From the NCBI GenBank assembly GCA_018716805.1, contig DVJL01000068.1, positions 14,713 to 78,712 on the forward strand: a stretch of 64,000 bases of DNA, in the 5' to 3' direction. The notes under the pieces were generated by a model. The model was given only the letters and a program-made list of their open reading frames with translations. It was not told the origin of the DNA and made no database searches. The stretch is from Candidatus Faecivicinus avistercoris (GTDB lineage: Bacteria > Bacillota > Clostridia > Christensenellales > Aristaeellaceae). Position numbers and translations under genes: made by a program. Positions 19,032 through 27,421 of the stretch are shown piece after piece (the first letter of the stretch is position 1; every line of letters begins with the position of its first letter).

Positions 19032-20930
19032 TTGAGCGATATCAACACCACCTTCATCACGATTGAGCAGATGGAAGCCGCAACCGATGCATTGCTCGAG
19101 AACGGCAAGAAGGTCGGCGCCGATTCCTGGCAGCAGCGCGTCAAGAACCAGACCCCGCACTGCAAATTCGGCGAGGAGGGCATCTGCTGCCGCATTTGCT
19201 CCATGGGTCCCTGCCGCATCACGCCGAAAGCGCCGCGCGGCATCTGCGGCTGCGACGCGGACGGCATCGTTGGCCGCAACTACCTGCGCTTCACCGCCGG
19301 CGGCGCGGCGACGCACTCCGATCACGGCCGCAGCATCGCCCACACGCTCTACCTCGCCAAGGAAGGCGGAAATTACCAGGTCAAGGATCCCGAGAAGCTC
19401 ATCCGCATCGCGAAGGAATGGGACATCGAGACCGAGAACCGCGATATCTACGACATCGCGCACGAGGTCGCCGAGACCGGCCTGCTGGAATACGGCAAGC
19501 CCTTCGGTGTGCAGCGCTTCCTGAAGCGCGCGCCGGAAGCCCGCCAGGAGATCTGGCACCGCGAGGGCATCGAGCCGCGCGCGATCGACCGCGAGGTCTC
19601 CCAGTCCATGCACATGACCCACATGGGCTGCTCCTCCCTGCCTGAGGCGCTGGTTCGCCAGTCGCTGCGCGCCGGCCTGTCCGACGGCTGGGGCGGATCG
19701 ATGATGGGCACGGAGCTGTCCGACGTGCTGTTCGGCACGCCCAAGCCCGTGGACACCACCGCCAACATCGGCGTCATGGAAGAGGACATGGTCAACATCA
19801 TCGTCCACGGCCACGATCCGTCGCTGTCTGAGATGATCGTCTACTATTCTCAGGATCCCGAGATGGTCGCGCTGGCCAAGGAGATGGGCGCTAAGGGCAT
19901 CAACATCGCCGGCGTCTGCTGCACCGCGAACGAGGTCGCCATGCGCCACGGCATCCCGATGGCCGGCAACTTCCTGCAGCAGGAGAACGTCGTGCTGACG
20001 GGCGCGTGCGAAGCGATCGTCGTCGACGTGCAGTGCATCTTCCCGGCGCTGGGCCCGCTGTCCAAGTGCTTCCACACGAAGTTCATCACCACCTCCCCCA
20101 TCGCGCAGATGCCCGATTCCGACTTCATCGAGTTCCACGAGGAGAATGCGGGCGAGAACGCGAAGAAGATCATCGAGCTGGCCATTCGCAACTTCAAGAA
20201 CCGCCGCCCCGAGCTGGTCAACATTCCGAAGCTCAAGACCAACGCCACCGTCGGCTATTCGGTCGAGGCGATCAAGAAGTGCCTGGACGGCGTCACCAAC
20301 TCGCACGTCGACGAGCTGGGCACCACCAAGCCGCTGATCGACTGCGTCAAGTCCGGCGTGCTGCGCGGCGCGGTCGCCATGGTCGGCTGCAACAACCCGA
20401 AGGTCCGCCCGGACTACGCGCACATCAACCTGATGAAGAAGCTGATCGCGAACGACATCATCGTCATCGTCTCCGGCTGCTCGGCGCAGGCGGCGGCCAA
20501 GGCCGGCCTGATGAGCAAGGAGGCCAAGAACCTGTGCGGCGAGGGCCTGAAGCGCGTCTGCGAGCTGGTCGACATCCCGCCGATCCTGCACATGGGCTCC
20601 TGCGTTGACATTTCCCGCATGATGATTCTCGCGGCCGACATCGCCAAGGATTGGGGCCTCGACATCTGCCAGGTTCCGGTCGTCGGCTGCGCGCCGGAAT
20701 GGATGTCCGAAAAGGCGGTCTCCATCGGCAACTACGTCGTCGCCACCGGCATCGACACCTTCCTGGGCGTCGATCCCTACACCAAGGGCGGCCCGAAGGT
20801 CGCCGGCCTGCTTCAGGGCACGATCAAGGACTGGGTCGGCGCGAACTACACCGTCGAGCACGACATCGAGAAGCTCGGCGACCTCATGATTGAGCGCATC
20901 GAGGAGAAGCGCGCGGCGCTGGGCATCTGA
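19032..20930 (+). CDS. acsA: anaerobic Ni-Fe carbon monoxide dehydrogenase catalytic subunit (CooS/AcsA)
   Basis: 632 aa. N-terminal Cys cluster CKFGEEGICCRICSMGPCRI..GICGC, and CooS-family conservation throughout (HGHD, GVCCTANE, MVGCNN, HMGSCVD). TTG start with GGGAGGA upstream. Confidence 0.96.
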   Translation: MSDINTTFITIEQMEAATDALLENGKKVGADSWQQRVKNQTPHCKFGEEGICCRICSMGPCRITPKAPRGICGCDADGIVGRNYLRFTAGGAATHSDHGRSIAHTLYLAKEGGNYQVKDPEKLIRIAKEWDIETENRDIYDIAHEVAETGLLEYGKPFGVQRFLKRAPEARQEIWHREGIEPRAIDREVSQSMHMTHMGCSSLPEALVRQSLRAGLSDGWGGSMMGTELSDVLFGTPKPVDTTANIGVMEEDMVNIIVHGHDPSLSEMIVYYSQDPEMVALAKEMGAKGINIAGVCCTANEVAMRHGIPMAGNFLQQENVVLTGACEAIVVDVQCIFPALGPLSKCFHTKFITTSPIAQMPDSDFIEFHEENAGENAKKIIELAIRNFKNRRPELVNIPKLKTNATVGYSVEAIKKCLDGVTNSHVDELGTTKPLIDCVKSGVLRGAVAMVGCNNPKVRPDYAHINLMKKLIANDIIVIVSGCSAQAAAKAGLMSKEAKNLCGEGLKRVCELVDIPPILHMGSCVDISRMMILAADIAKDWGLDICQVPVVGCAPEWMSEKAVSIGNYVVATGIDTFLGVDPYTKGGPKVAGLLQGTIKDWVGANYTVEHDIEKLGDLMIERIEEKRAALGI

Positions 20931-21022
20931 CCCGCCGCGAGCCTCCCCGGTTCTTCCGGCCGGGTCCGCATGAGCGGACGGACAACGACGAAGAATGAAT
21001 CATGAAAGGAATGGAAACATAG

Positions 21023-23152
21023 ATGGGACTGTTTGAAAGAGTATTCCGTGGCTCCGATGAGATGTACTTCAAGGCGGAGACCGAGGTCAACGCCGTCATC
21101 GCCGAGCTGGGCGAAGACGCGCCCATGACCATGCCCGACACCGCCTACTTCCTCGCCTGCATCTATGCTTACCTGGGCAAGAAGATCACCACGCTGGGCG
21201 AACTGAAGGCCGTGCTGACCGACATCCGCGCGATGATGACCCGCGAGAACCGCACGAAGTCGATCTTCACCTCCGGCATCGCCACCGCGATGGCGGCCGA
21301 GGTCATCGAGGCGTGCAAGTATGCCCGCACCGCGACGCCCTACGAGGGCACGCAGTACCACGGCCACTTCTCCGACGCCGAGGTGCGCGAGCTGGGCGTC
21401 CCGCTGGTCACGCGCGACATCCCCGGCTTCGTCGTCATGATCGGCGCGGCGCCGAGCGTGGAAGAAGCCGTTGAGACCGTCAAGGGCTACCAGTCCCGCG
21501 GCATCTTCGTGTTCATGATCGGCGGCATCATCGATCAGGTGCACGAGGCGGGCGTCACGACCGGCTTCGGCGTGCGCTGCGTGCCCGTCGGCCCGGACAT
21601 CTGGTCGGTCGGCCACGTCATCTCGCTGGTCACGCGCGCGACGATGATCTTCGGCGCGACCGAGCCCGGCGACTACGACGCCTTCAACGAGTACACCATG
21701 CAGCGCATCTTCGCGTTCGTCAACGCCTACGCCCCGGTCGACGACATCACCGTGGCCTGCGGCGCCGGCGCGATCAAGATGGGCTTCCCGGTCATCACGA
21801 ACGACACCGACGACATGTGGGCGGTGCCGAAGTCGCTGATCATCAACACCAACACCAAGGACTGGATCGACACCTCGCTCGAGGCGCGCGACATCAAGAT
21901 CAAGGTCACGAACATCGACATCCCGGTCGCGTTCTCCTCGGCCTACGAGGGCGAGATCATCCGCAAGAAGGACATGCAGATCGAGATGGACGGCTCCCGC
22001 GTGGACTGCGTCGAGCTGGTTCGCACCAAGGAAGCGCACGAGATCGAGGATCACAGCATCACGCTGGAGGGCCCGGACTTCGACCAGTTCGAGGTCGGCG
22101 CGAAGATCCCGATCGCGTACATCGTCGAGGTCGCCGGCAAGACCATGCAAAGCGACTTCGAGGGCGTGTTCGAGCGCAAGTTCCACAGCTTCCTGAACTG
22201 CATCGAGGGCGTCATGCACACCGGCCAGCGCGACATGATCCGCATCCGCGTCAGCAAGGCGTCGTATGAGGCGGGCTTCCGCGCCAAGCACATCGGCGAA
22301 GTGCTCTACGCCAAGATCAAGAGCGAGTACGACACCGTCGTCGACAAGTGCCAGGTCAAGATCTACACCGATCCGGAGAAGGTCAAGGAGCTGCGCGCCG
22401 AGGCAAACCACATCTTCGACCAGCGCGACGAGCGCCTGAAGAGCATGACCGACGAATCCGTCGACGTGTTCTACACCTGCATCCTCTGCCAGGCGTTCTC
22501 TCCGTCGCACGTCTGCATCGTCACGCCGGAGCGCTTGGGCCTGTGCGGCGCGGTTTCGTGGCTCGATGCGAAGGCGACCAACGAGCTCGACCCGAACGGC
22601 CCGTGCCAGATCGTCACCAAGACGCGCATGATCGACGAGCGCACCGGCCGCTATGAGGACGTCAACGAGGCCGTCAATCAGTACTCGCACGGCGCGCTGG
22701 AGCAGGTCACGCTCTACTCGATCCTCGAGGATCCGATGACCTCCTGCGGCTGCTTCGAGTGCATCTGCGGCATCGAGCCGCTGTCCAACGGCGTCGTCAT
22801 CGTCAACCGCGAGCACGTCGGCATGACCCCGCTGGGCATGAGCTTCTCCGAGATGGCGTCCATGACGGGCGGCGGCGTGCAGACTCCGGGCTTCATGGGC
22901 CACGGCAAGCACTTCATCTCCTCGAAGAAGTTCCTGAAGGCCGAGGGCGGCCCGGCGCGCATCGTCTGGCTGCCGAAGGCGCTCAAGGAGCAGATCCGCG
23001 AGAAGCTGAACGAGACGGCGCACGAGCTGTACGGCATCGACAACTTCGCCGACATGATCGCCGACGAGACCATCACCGAGGATCCGGAAGAGCTCCTCAA
23101 CTTCCTGACCGAGCAGAACCATCCGGTGCTCGGCATGGATCCGCTGCTGTAA
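21023..23152 (+). CDS. acsB: acetyl-CoA synthase subunit of CODH/ACS (A-cluster protein)
   Basis: 709 aa. A-cluster ligand pattern C-x2-C-x8-C-x9-C (CILCQAFSPSHVCIVTPERLGLCG) and the Cys-Gly-Cys Ni site (TSCGCFEC). Confidence 0.95.
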   Translation: MGLFERVFRGSDEMYFKAETEVNAVIAELGEDAPMTMPDTAYFLACIYAYLGKKITTLGELKAVLTDIRAMMTRENRTKSIFTSGIATAMAAEVIEACKYARTATPYEGTQYHGHFSDAEVRELGVPLVTRDIPGFVVMIGAAPSVEEAVETVKGYQSRGIFVFMIGGIIDQVHEAGVTTGFGVRCVPVGPDIWSVGHVISLVTRATMIFGATEPGDYDAFNEYTMQRIFAFVNAYAPVDDITVACGAGAIKMGFPVITNDTDDMWAVPKSLIINTNTKDWIDTSLEARDIKIKVTNIDIPVAFSSAYEGEIIRKKDMQIEMDGSRVDCVELVRTKEAHEIEDHSITLEGPDFDQFEVGAKIPIAYIVEVAGKTMQSDFEGVFERKFHSFLNCIEGVMHTGQRDMIRIRVSKASYEAGFRAKHIGEVLYAKIKSEYDTVVDKCQVKIYTDPEKVKELRAEANHIFDQRDERLKSMTDESVDVFYTCILCQAFSPSHVCIVTPERLGLCGAVSWLDAKATNELDPNGPCQIVTKTRMIDERTGRYEDVNEAVNQYSHGALEQVTLYSILEDPMTSCGCFECICGIEPLSNGVVIVNREHVGMTPLGMSFSEMASMTGGGVQTPGFMGHGKHFISSKKFLKAEGGPARIVWLPKALKEQIREKLNETAHELYGIDNFADMIADETITEDPEELLNFLTEQNHPVLGMDPLL

Positions 23153-23163
23153 TCATCACGCTT

Positions 23164-23190
23164 GGGAGAGGCTTTGCCTCTCCCTTTTTT
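23164..23190 (+). terminator. intrinsic terminator after acsB
   Basis: GGGAGAGG-ctttg-CCTCTCCC followed by TTTTTT. Confidence 0.75.
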
Positions 23191-23205
23191 AAGGAAAGGT
23201 GAATT

Positions 23206-23787
23206 ATGGACAAAAAGGCCCTGCGAAAGCGAATCGCCGAGCAAAAGCGCGCAATGACGCCCGAACAGATCGAGGCCGCCAGCCAACGCCTGGCCGAGCG
23301 GCTATTTCAGACCGACGCCTATCAGAATGCCCTTTCGATCTACGGCTACCTCTCCTACAACCAGGAGATCCGCACCCTCCCCATCCTGCGACGCGCGATG
23401 ATCGACGGCAAGCGCGTGGCCGTTCCGAAGGTGTACGGCGATGAGATGCGCTTTATCTGGATGGACGATCTGAGCCTCGTCGCGCCGGGGTACTACGACA
23501 TTCCCGAGCCGATCGCCGACGGCCCGGTCGCCGACGACGAACTCGCGCTGATGCTGATGCCCGGGCTGGCGTTCGATCCCGAGGGGCACCGCGTCGGCTA
23601 CGGCGGCGGCTTCTACGACCGCTATCTCGCCGCGCACCCCGACCACAAGCTGGTCGCGCTGTGCTACGGCTTCCAGCTCGTCGATCACCTCGACTGCGAA
23701 GCGCACGACATTCCCGTTCACAGGGTCATCCCGGACGAGGAAACCCGCGCGGTATCCCTGCCGGATCTGGCCGGATCTGCGCGCTGA
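23206..23787 (+). CDS. 5-formyltetrahydrofolate cyclo-ligase
   Basis: 193 aa with the family motif VGYGGGFYDRYL and an N-terminal KKALRKRI helix. The ATG lies 15 nt after the acsB terminator T-run. Confidence 0.9.
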   Translation: MDKKALRKRIAEQKRAMTPEQIEAASQRLAERLFQTDAYQNALSIYGYLSYNQEIRTLPILRRAMIDGKRVAVPKVYGDEMRFIWMDDLSLVAPGYYDIPEPIADGPVADDELALMLMPGLAFDPEGHRVGYGGGFYDRYLAAHPDHKLVALCYGFQLVDHLDCEAHDIPVHRVIPDEETRAVSLPDLAGSAR

Positions 23788-23804
23788 CAGCGTCTGTGGA
23801 TACG

Positions 23805-23845
23805 AAAACTGCTTCTGCCAATCATGCAGAAGCAGTTTTGTTTGC
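23805..23845. terminator. bidirectional intrinsic terminator
   Basis: AAAACTGCTTCTGC-caatcat-GCAGAAGCAGTTTT, a perfect 14-bp stem with A/T runs on both sides. Confidence 0.75.
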
Positions 23846-23888
23846 GCGCCTGAGCTTTCAGGCGCCGCGCATTTCTCCGGGACGCTTT

Positions 23889-24123
23889 CCCACGGCAGTT
23901 CGACTGCCCACGTCTTATCAGCAGGAGGGAAAGGCGGCGACACAGCAGCACTCCAGATTGACTGCCAAGGGCAGTTCAACCGCCGCGCCACTCCATATTC
24001 CCGGATTGCCTGCCAACGCAACGATTCGACTAACCGCGCCTATCTTGCAATCCAGAAAGGCGGCGGTGCGGCAGTATCCCCGGATTGTTTGCCAACGAAC
24101 GGTTCAACCGCACGCACCGCTCC
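23889..24123 (+). repeat. two diverged tandem units of about 110 nt, each with two copies of a roughly 35-nt submotif
   Basis: CCAGATTGACTGCCAAGGGCAGTTCAACCGC (23953), CCCGGATTGCCTGCCAACGCAACGATTCGAC (24000) and CCCGGATTGTTTGCCAACGAACGGTTCAACCGC (24079). Spacers share GAAAGGCGGCG (about 23929 and about 24055). Confidence 0.6.
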
Positions 24124-24212
24124 AGCAAAGAGAAAATGCAGCACCGGTAAATGCGGGCATGGAAGGATGCGCCGCTCGCCACCGGCGGGCATCCGACGGC
24201 CGCCGGCGGTGC

Positions 24213-24941
24213 TCAGCGCCCGCTTTCGGCGTCGTCCACATCTTCCGCATCCTCTGCATACATCGCCTCTTCCATGCCCTCTGCATACATCGCATCTTCC
24301 GTGTCCTCTACATCCTCCACATTCTCCCCATTTTCTGCGCCGTGCACATCCTCCGCGCCGTCCTCGCTCTCCTCCACGGGAACGGGCGGGCGGCTCTCGG
24401 CATCGACCATGGACTGGTAGGCATAGCGCGCCAATCGGAGCACGCCCAACATCAGCAGTGCGAGCAGAAAGTCCTGGACGTCCGGATAGGCGCCGGGCAT
24501 CAGCGGTCTCCAGAAGATGTACTCGTTCACCACGGAGTTGCGCACGGCCAGCCGAAAGACCGCGCCGAGCAGCGCGGACAGGCCGCCCGCCGCGACGGCC
24601 ATTCCCCAGACCCACCGGGGCAGCCAAACCGAGCAGACCCGCAGCGCCACCGCCCCAAACAGCGCATACAGGCCGGCGCGCTGGCCAAAGCCCACAAAGG
24701 CGCGCGCGAAGCGAAAGCTCTCAATGGACACCGCCTCGACGATCTCCTGCCCTCTTTCGTCCACGTCCGCGATGCGCTCATACTGCGCGAGGTTCAGCTC
24801 CGGCAGCAGCCGGAATTCGCCCGTCCGCGCGTCGATCGCGCAGTCGGCCAGCAGCACCCCCGCGCTCGCGACCGTCAGCGCAATGCCCAGCGCGATGGCG
24901 GCATAGCAGGCAACGACCAGCTGCCTTCCCCATCCGCTCAT
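24213..24941 (-). CDS. hypothetical membrane protein with acidic repetitive C-terminal tail
   Basis: ATGA overlap with the pepT stop (24938-24941). About 5 TM segments, then the tail ...EDVEDTEDAMYAEGMEEAMYAEDAEDVDDAESGR. Confidence 0.7.
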   Translation of the reverse strand: MSGWGRQLVVACYAAIALGIALTVASAGVLLADCAIDARTGEFRLLPELNLAQYERIADVDERGQEIVEAVSIESFRFARAFVGFGQRAGLYALFGAVALRVCSVWLPRWVWGMAVAAGGLSALLGAVFRLAVRNSVVNEYIFWRPLMPGAYPDVQDFLLALLMLGVLRLARYAYQSMVDAESRPPVPVEESEDGAEDVHGAENGENVEDVEDTEDAMYAEGMEEAMYAEDAEDVDDAESGR

Positions 24942-26149
24942 TCCGGATCGATGCTGACCAGCCTGACCAGCACGTCAACCATGGCGTCCATGTCCTGAAT
25001 CGCGACGCACTCAAACCGCCCGTGGCAGTTCATGCCGCCGGTGGCGAGGTTCGGGCAGGGCAGACCCATGTAGGACAGCCTTGCGCCATCGGTGCCGCCG
25101 CGGATCGCCTCGCTGAACGGTTCGATGCCGGCCTCGCGATAGGCGCGCTCCGCCAGGCGGATGATGTGCATGTGCGGTTCGATGACCTCGCGCATGTTGG
25201 AATAGGAATCCCGAACGTCGACCTCGACGGTGCCCTCGCCGTACTTGTCGTTCAAATACCGGCCGATGCGCTCGAACGCGGCCTTGCGCGATGCAAACTT
25301 CGCGCGGTCGTGGTCGCGGATGATGTACTCCAGCTTCGCCAGTTCCTCGGTGCCCTCCATCGAGCAGAGGTGGAAGAAGCCCTCAAAGCCCTCGGTGTGC
25401 GCGGGCGTCTCGGCGGGCGGGAGCATGGCGGCGAACTCCATCGCCACCAGCGAGGCATTGCGCATCTTGTTCTTCGCGCTGCCGGGGTGGACGCTCAGGC
25501 CGTGGACGACGACGTTTCCCGCCGCGGCGTTGAAGTTCTCGTATTCAATGGAGCCGACTGCGCCGCCGTCCACGGTATAGGCAAAGTCCGCGCCAAAGCC
25601 GGGAATGTCGAAGCGGTCCGCCCCGCGGCCGATCTCCTCGTCCGGCGTGAAGCCGACCATGACCTTGCCGTGCGGGATCGTCCGGTCGGCGAGCAGCCGC
25701 TCGCACGCGGTCAGGATCTCGGCCACGCCGGCCTTGTCATCCGCGCCGAGCAGCGTGTTGCCGTCGGTGACGATCAGGTCCTTGCCCTTCGCCTTCGCGA
25801 TGTCGGGAAAGACCTTCGGGTCGAGCAGGTCGCCGTTTTCGAGGCGGACAGCGCCGCCATCGTAGTTTTCGACGATCCGCGCGCGCACCGGCGCGACCGG
25901 CACGCAGTCGACCGTATCCATGTGGGCGATCAGGCCGATGACCGGGCGTTTTTCCGCCGTCGCCGGCACGCAGCCATAAACGTAGCCGTTTTCGTCCACG
26001 CGGACGCCGGTCATGCCCATCTCGCGCATCTCCGCGGCGAGCGCCTCGGCCAGCACGCGCTGCTTTTCCGTGCTGGGACAGGTTTCGCTCCGCTCGTCGG
26101 ATGCGGTGTCATACTGCGCATAGCGCAACAGCCTCTCATAAGCTCTCAT
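24938..26149 (-). CDS. pepT: peptidase T (tripeptide aminopeptidase, M20B)
   Basis: MRAYERLLRYAQYDTASDE...IGLIAHMDTV... The 403-aa length and overall pattern match PepT. Confidence 0.95.
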   Translation of the reverse strand: MRAYERLLRYAQYDTASDERSETCPSTEKQRVLAEALAAEMREMGMTGVRVDENGYVYGCVPATAEKRPVIGLIAHMDTVDCVPVAPVRARIVENYDGGAVRLENGDLLDPKVFPDIAKAKGKDLIVTDGNTLLGADDKAGVAEILTACERLLADRTIPHGKVMVGFTPDEEIGRGADRFDIPGFGADFAYTVDGGAVGSIEYENFNAAAGNVVVHGLSVHPGSAKNKMRNASLVAMEFAAMLPPAETPAHTEGFEGFFHLCSMEGTEELAKLEYIIRDHDRAKFASRKAAFERIGRYLNDKYGEGTVEVDVRDSYSNMREVIEPHMHIIRLAERAYREAGIEPFSEAIRGGTDGARLSYMGLPCPNLATGGMNCHGRFECVAIQDMDAMVDVLVRLVSIDPE

Positions 26150-26227
26150 GGAAAAAACGCCTCCTCGCCATTTGCCCCGGAGCTTCGCGCGCTCCGGGGC
26201 GGTCGATTCTATTGCAAAATGTGGGCC

Positions 26228-27175
26228 TCACTTGCGGCCGAGCATGGCCGCGCCGATGATGCCGGCGTCGTTGCCCAGCTTCGCCAGCTCGATCTTCGCA
26301 TAGGGCATGGTCTTGTAGAACACCATCGACGGAAGCTTTTCGTTGACGGCGTCGAGCAGGAACTGTCCCGAATGGGAGACGCCGCCGCCGAGGGCGATGA
26401 TCTCCGGGTCGTAGAGGTTGATCAGGTTGACCAGGCCGACGCAGAGGTGAGTGACGTAGTCGTCGAACAGCTTGGCCGCGTCGGGATCGCCGGACTTGGC
26501 CAGGTCGATCACGGTCTTGGCCGTGATGGCGTCGAGGTCGCCGCCGACGGCCTTCGCGATGGCGCAATCCGGATGCGCCTGCGCAAACTTGCGGCCCTCG
26601 CGGATGATCGCCGTGGCGGAGGCATAGCGCTCCCAGCAGCCGCGGTTGCCGCAGGTGCACAGCTCGCCGCCCACGACGGTGATCATGTGGCCGATTTCGC
26701 TCGCGACGCCGTGCGGGCCGGAGTAGGGCTTGCCGTCGACGATGATGCCGCCGCCGACGCCGGTGCCAAGGGTGACGAAGATGCTGACCTTCGCGCCGGC
26801 GGACACGCCCGCGACGGACTCGGCCAGCCCTGCGACGGTGGCATCGTTGTCGATGTAGACCGGCTTGTCGAGATACTTGTGCATCTCGGCCGTCACCGGC
26901 ACCTGATGCCAGTGCAGGTTCGTGCAGAAGGGCACCAGCCCCGTGGCCGGATCGTAGATGCCCGGAAGGCCGATGCCGATGGCGGCGATGTCGTCCATGG
27001 ACATGCCGGCCTTCTGAACGACCGCTTCGCACAGGCCGGCCATGTCGCGGATGACCGCCTCGTAGCCGCGCTCCACGCCCGTGGGGCAGTCGGCCTTGCA
27101 GAGGATATTGCCCTTCTCGTCGACGACGCCGGCCTTGATGCCGGTACCGCCCAGATCGATTCCAATGTACTTCAT
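26228..27175 (-). CDS. glcK: ROK-family glucokinase
   Basis: N-terminal IGIDLGGTGIKAG and the ROK zinc motif CTCGNRGCWE. Confidence 0.93.
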   Translation of the reverse strand: MKYIGIDLGGTGIKAGVVDEKGNILCKADCPTGVERGYEAVIRDMAGLCEAVVQKAGMSMDDIAAIGIGLPGIYDPATGLVPFCTNLHWHQVPVTAEMHKYLDKPVYIDNDATVAGLAESVAGVSAGAKVSIFVTLGTGVGGGIIVDGKPYSGPHGVASEIGHMITVVGGELCTCGNRGCWERYASATAIIREGRKFAQAHPDCAIAKAVGGDLDAITAKTVIDLAKSGDPDAAKLFDDYVTHLCVGLVNLINLYDPEIIALGGGVSHSGQFLLDAVNEKLPSMVFYKTMPYAKIELAKLGNDAGIIGAAMLGRK

Positions 27176-27224
27176 AACCCGTTCCTCCTCAAATTCTCAT
27201 CGATCCCCGCGCAAGCCGCTCCGT

Positions 27225-27383
27225 GGAGGGCGTTTGAAAGGGAAAATCCGCAATTTCGAGCGAACTTTGCGTCCGTTGCGCGCAAGATTCGCAGGCTTCG
27301 CGGCACGAAGTCCGGAGTTTTCCGCGTCAGACACGCTCCAAGGGCGCCGAAATTGCATCTTCCGGAATTTTCAGACATCCTCC
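27225..27383 (+). repeat. MITE-like intergenic element, copy B (159 nt)
   Basis: Left end GGAGGGCGTTTGAAAGGG; the right end reads GGAGGATGTCTGAAAATTCC on the other strand. Core ATTCGCAGGCTTCGCGGC at 27287-27304. It fills most of the glcK-hprK spacer. Confidence 0.65.
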
Positions 27384-27421
27384 GTGCGAAAGGGACCATG
27401 CGCGCGGGATCGGGGATTCCG

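Noticed and set aside
18954-23122. Two long minus-strand ORFs (635 aa and 758 aa) opposite acsA and acsB
   Set aside because: They are antisense shadows of the CODH/ACS genes. The sequences are low-complexity and D/A/R/G/L-rich with no motifs.
23889-24123. Tandem repeats considered as a CRISPR array (also the 46638-46775 repeat)
   Set aside because: The repeats are imperfect, there are no unique spacers of regular length, and no cas genes are present. The 46.6-kb repeat lies in-frame inside a protein-coding gene.
23302-24998. ORFs 23302..24021 (-) and 23661..24998 (+) covering the convergent spacer, as possible missed genes
   Set aside because: Neither has an RBS. Both run through a perfect bidirectional terminator and the degenerate repeats, and their translations are low-complexity. 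I treat the region as non-coding.
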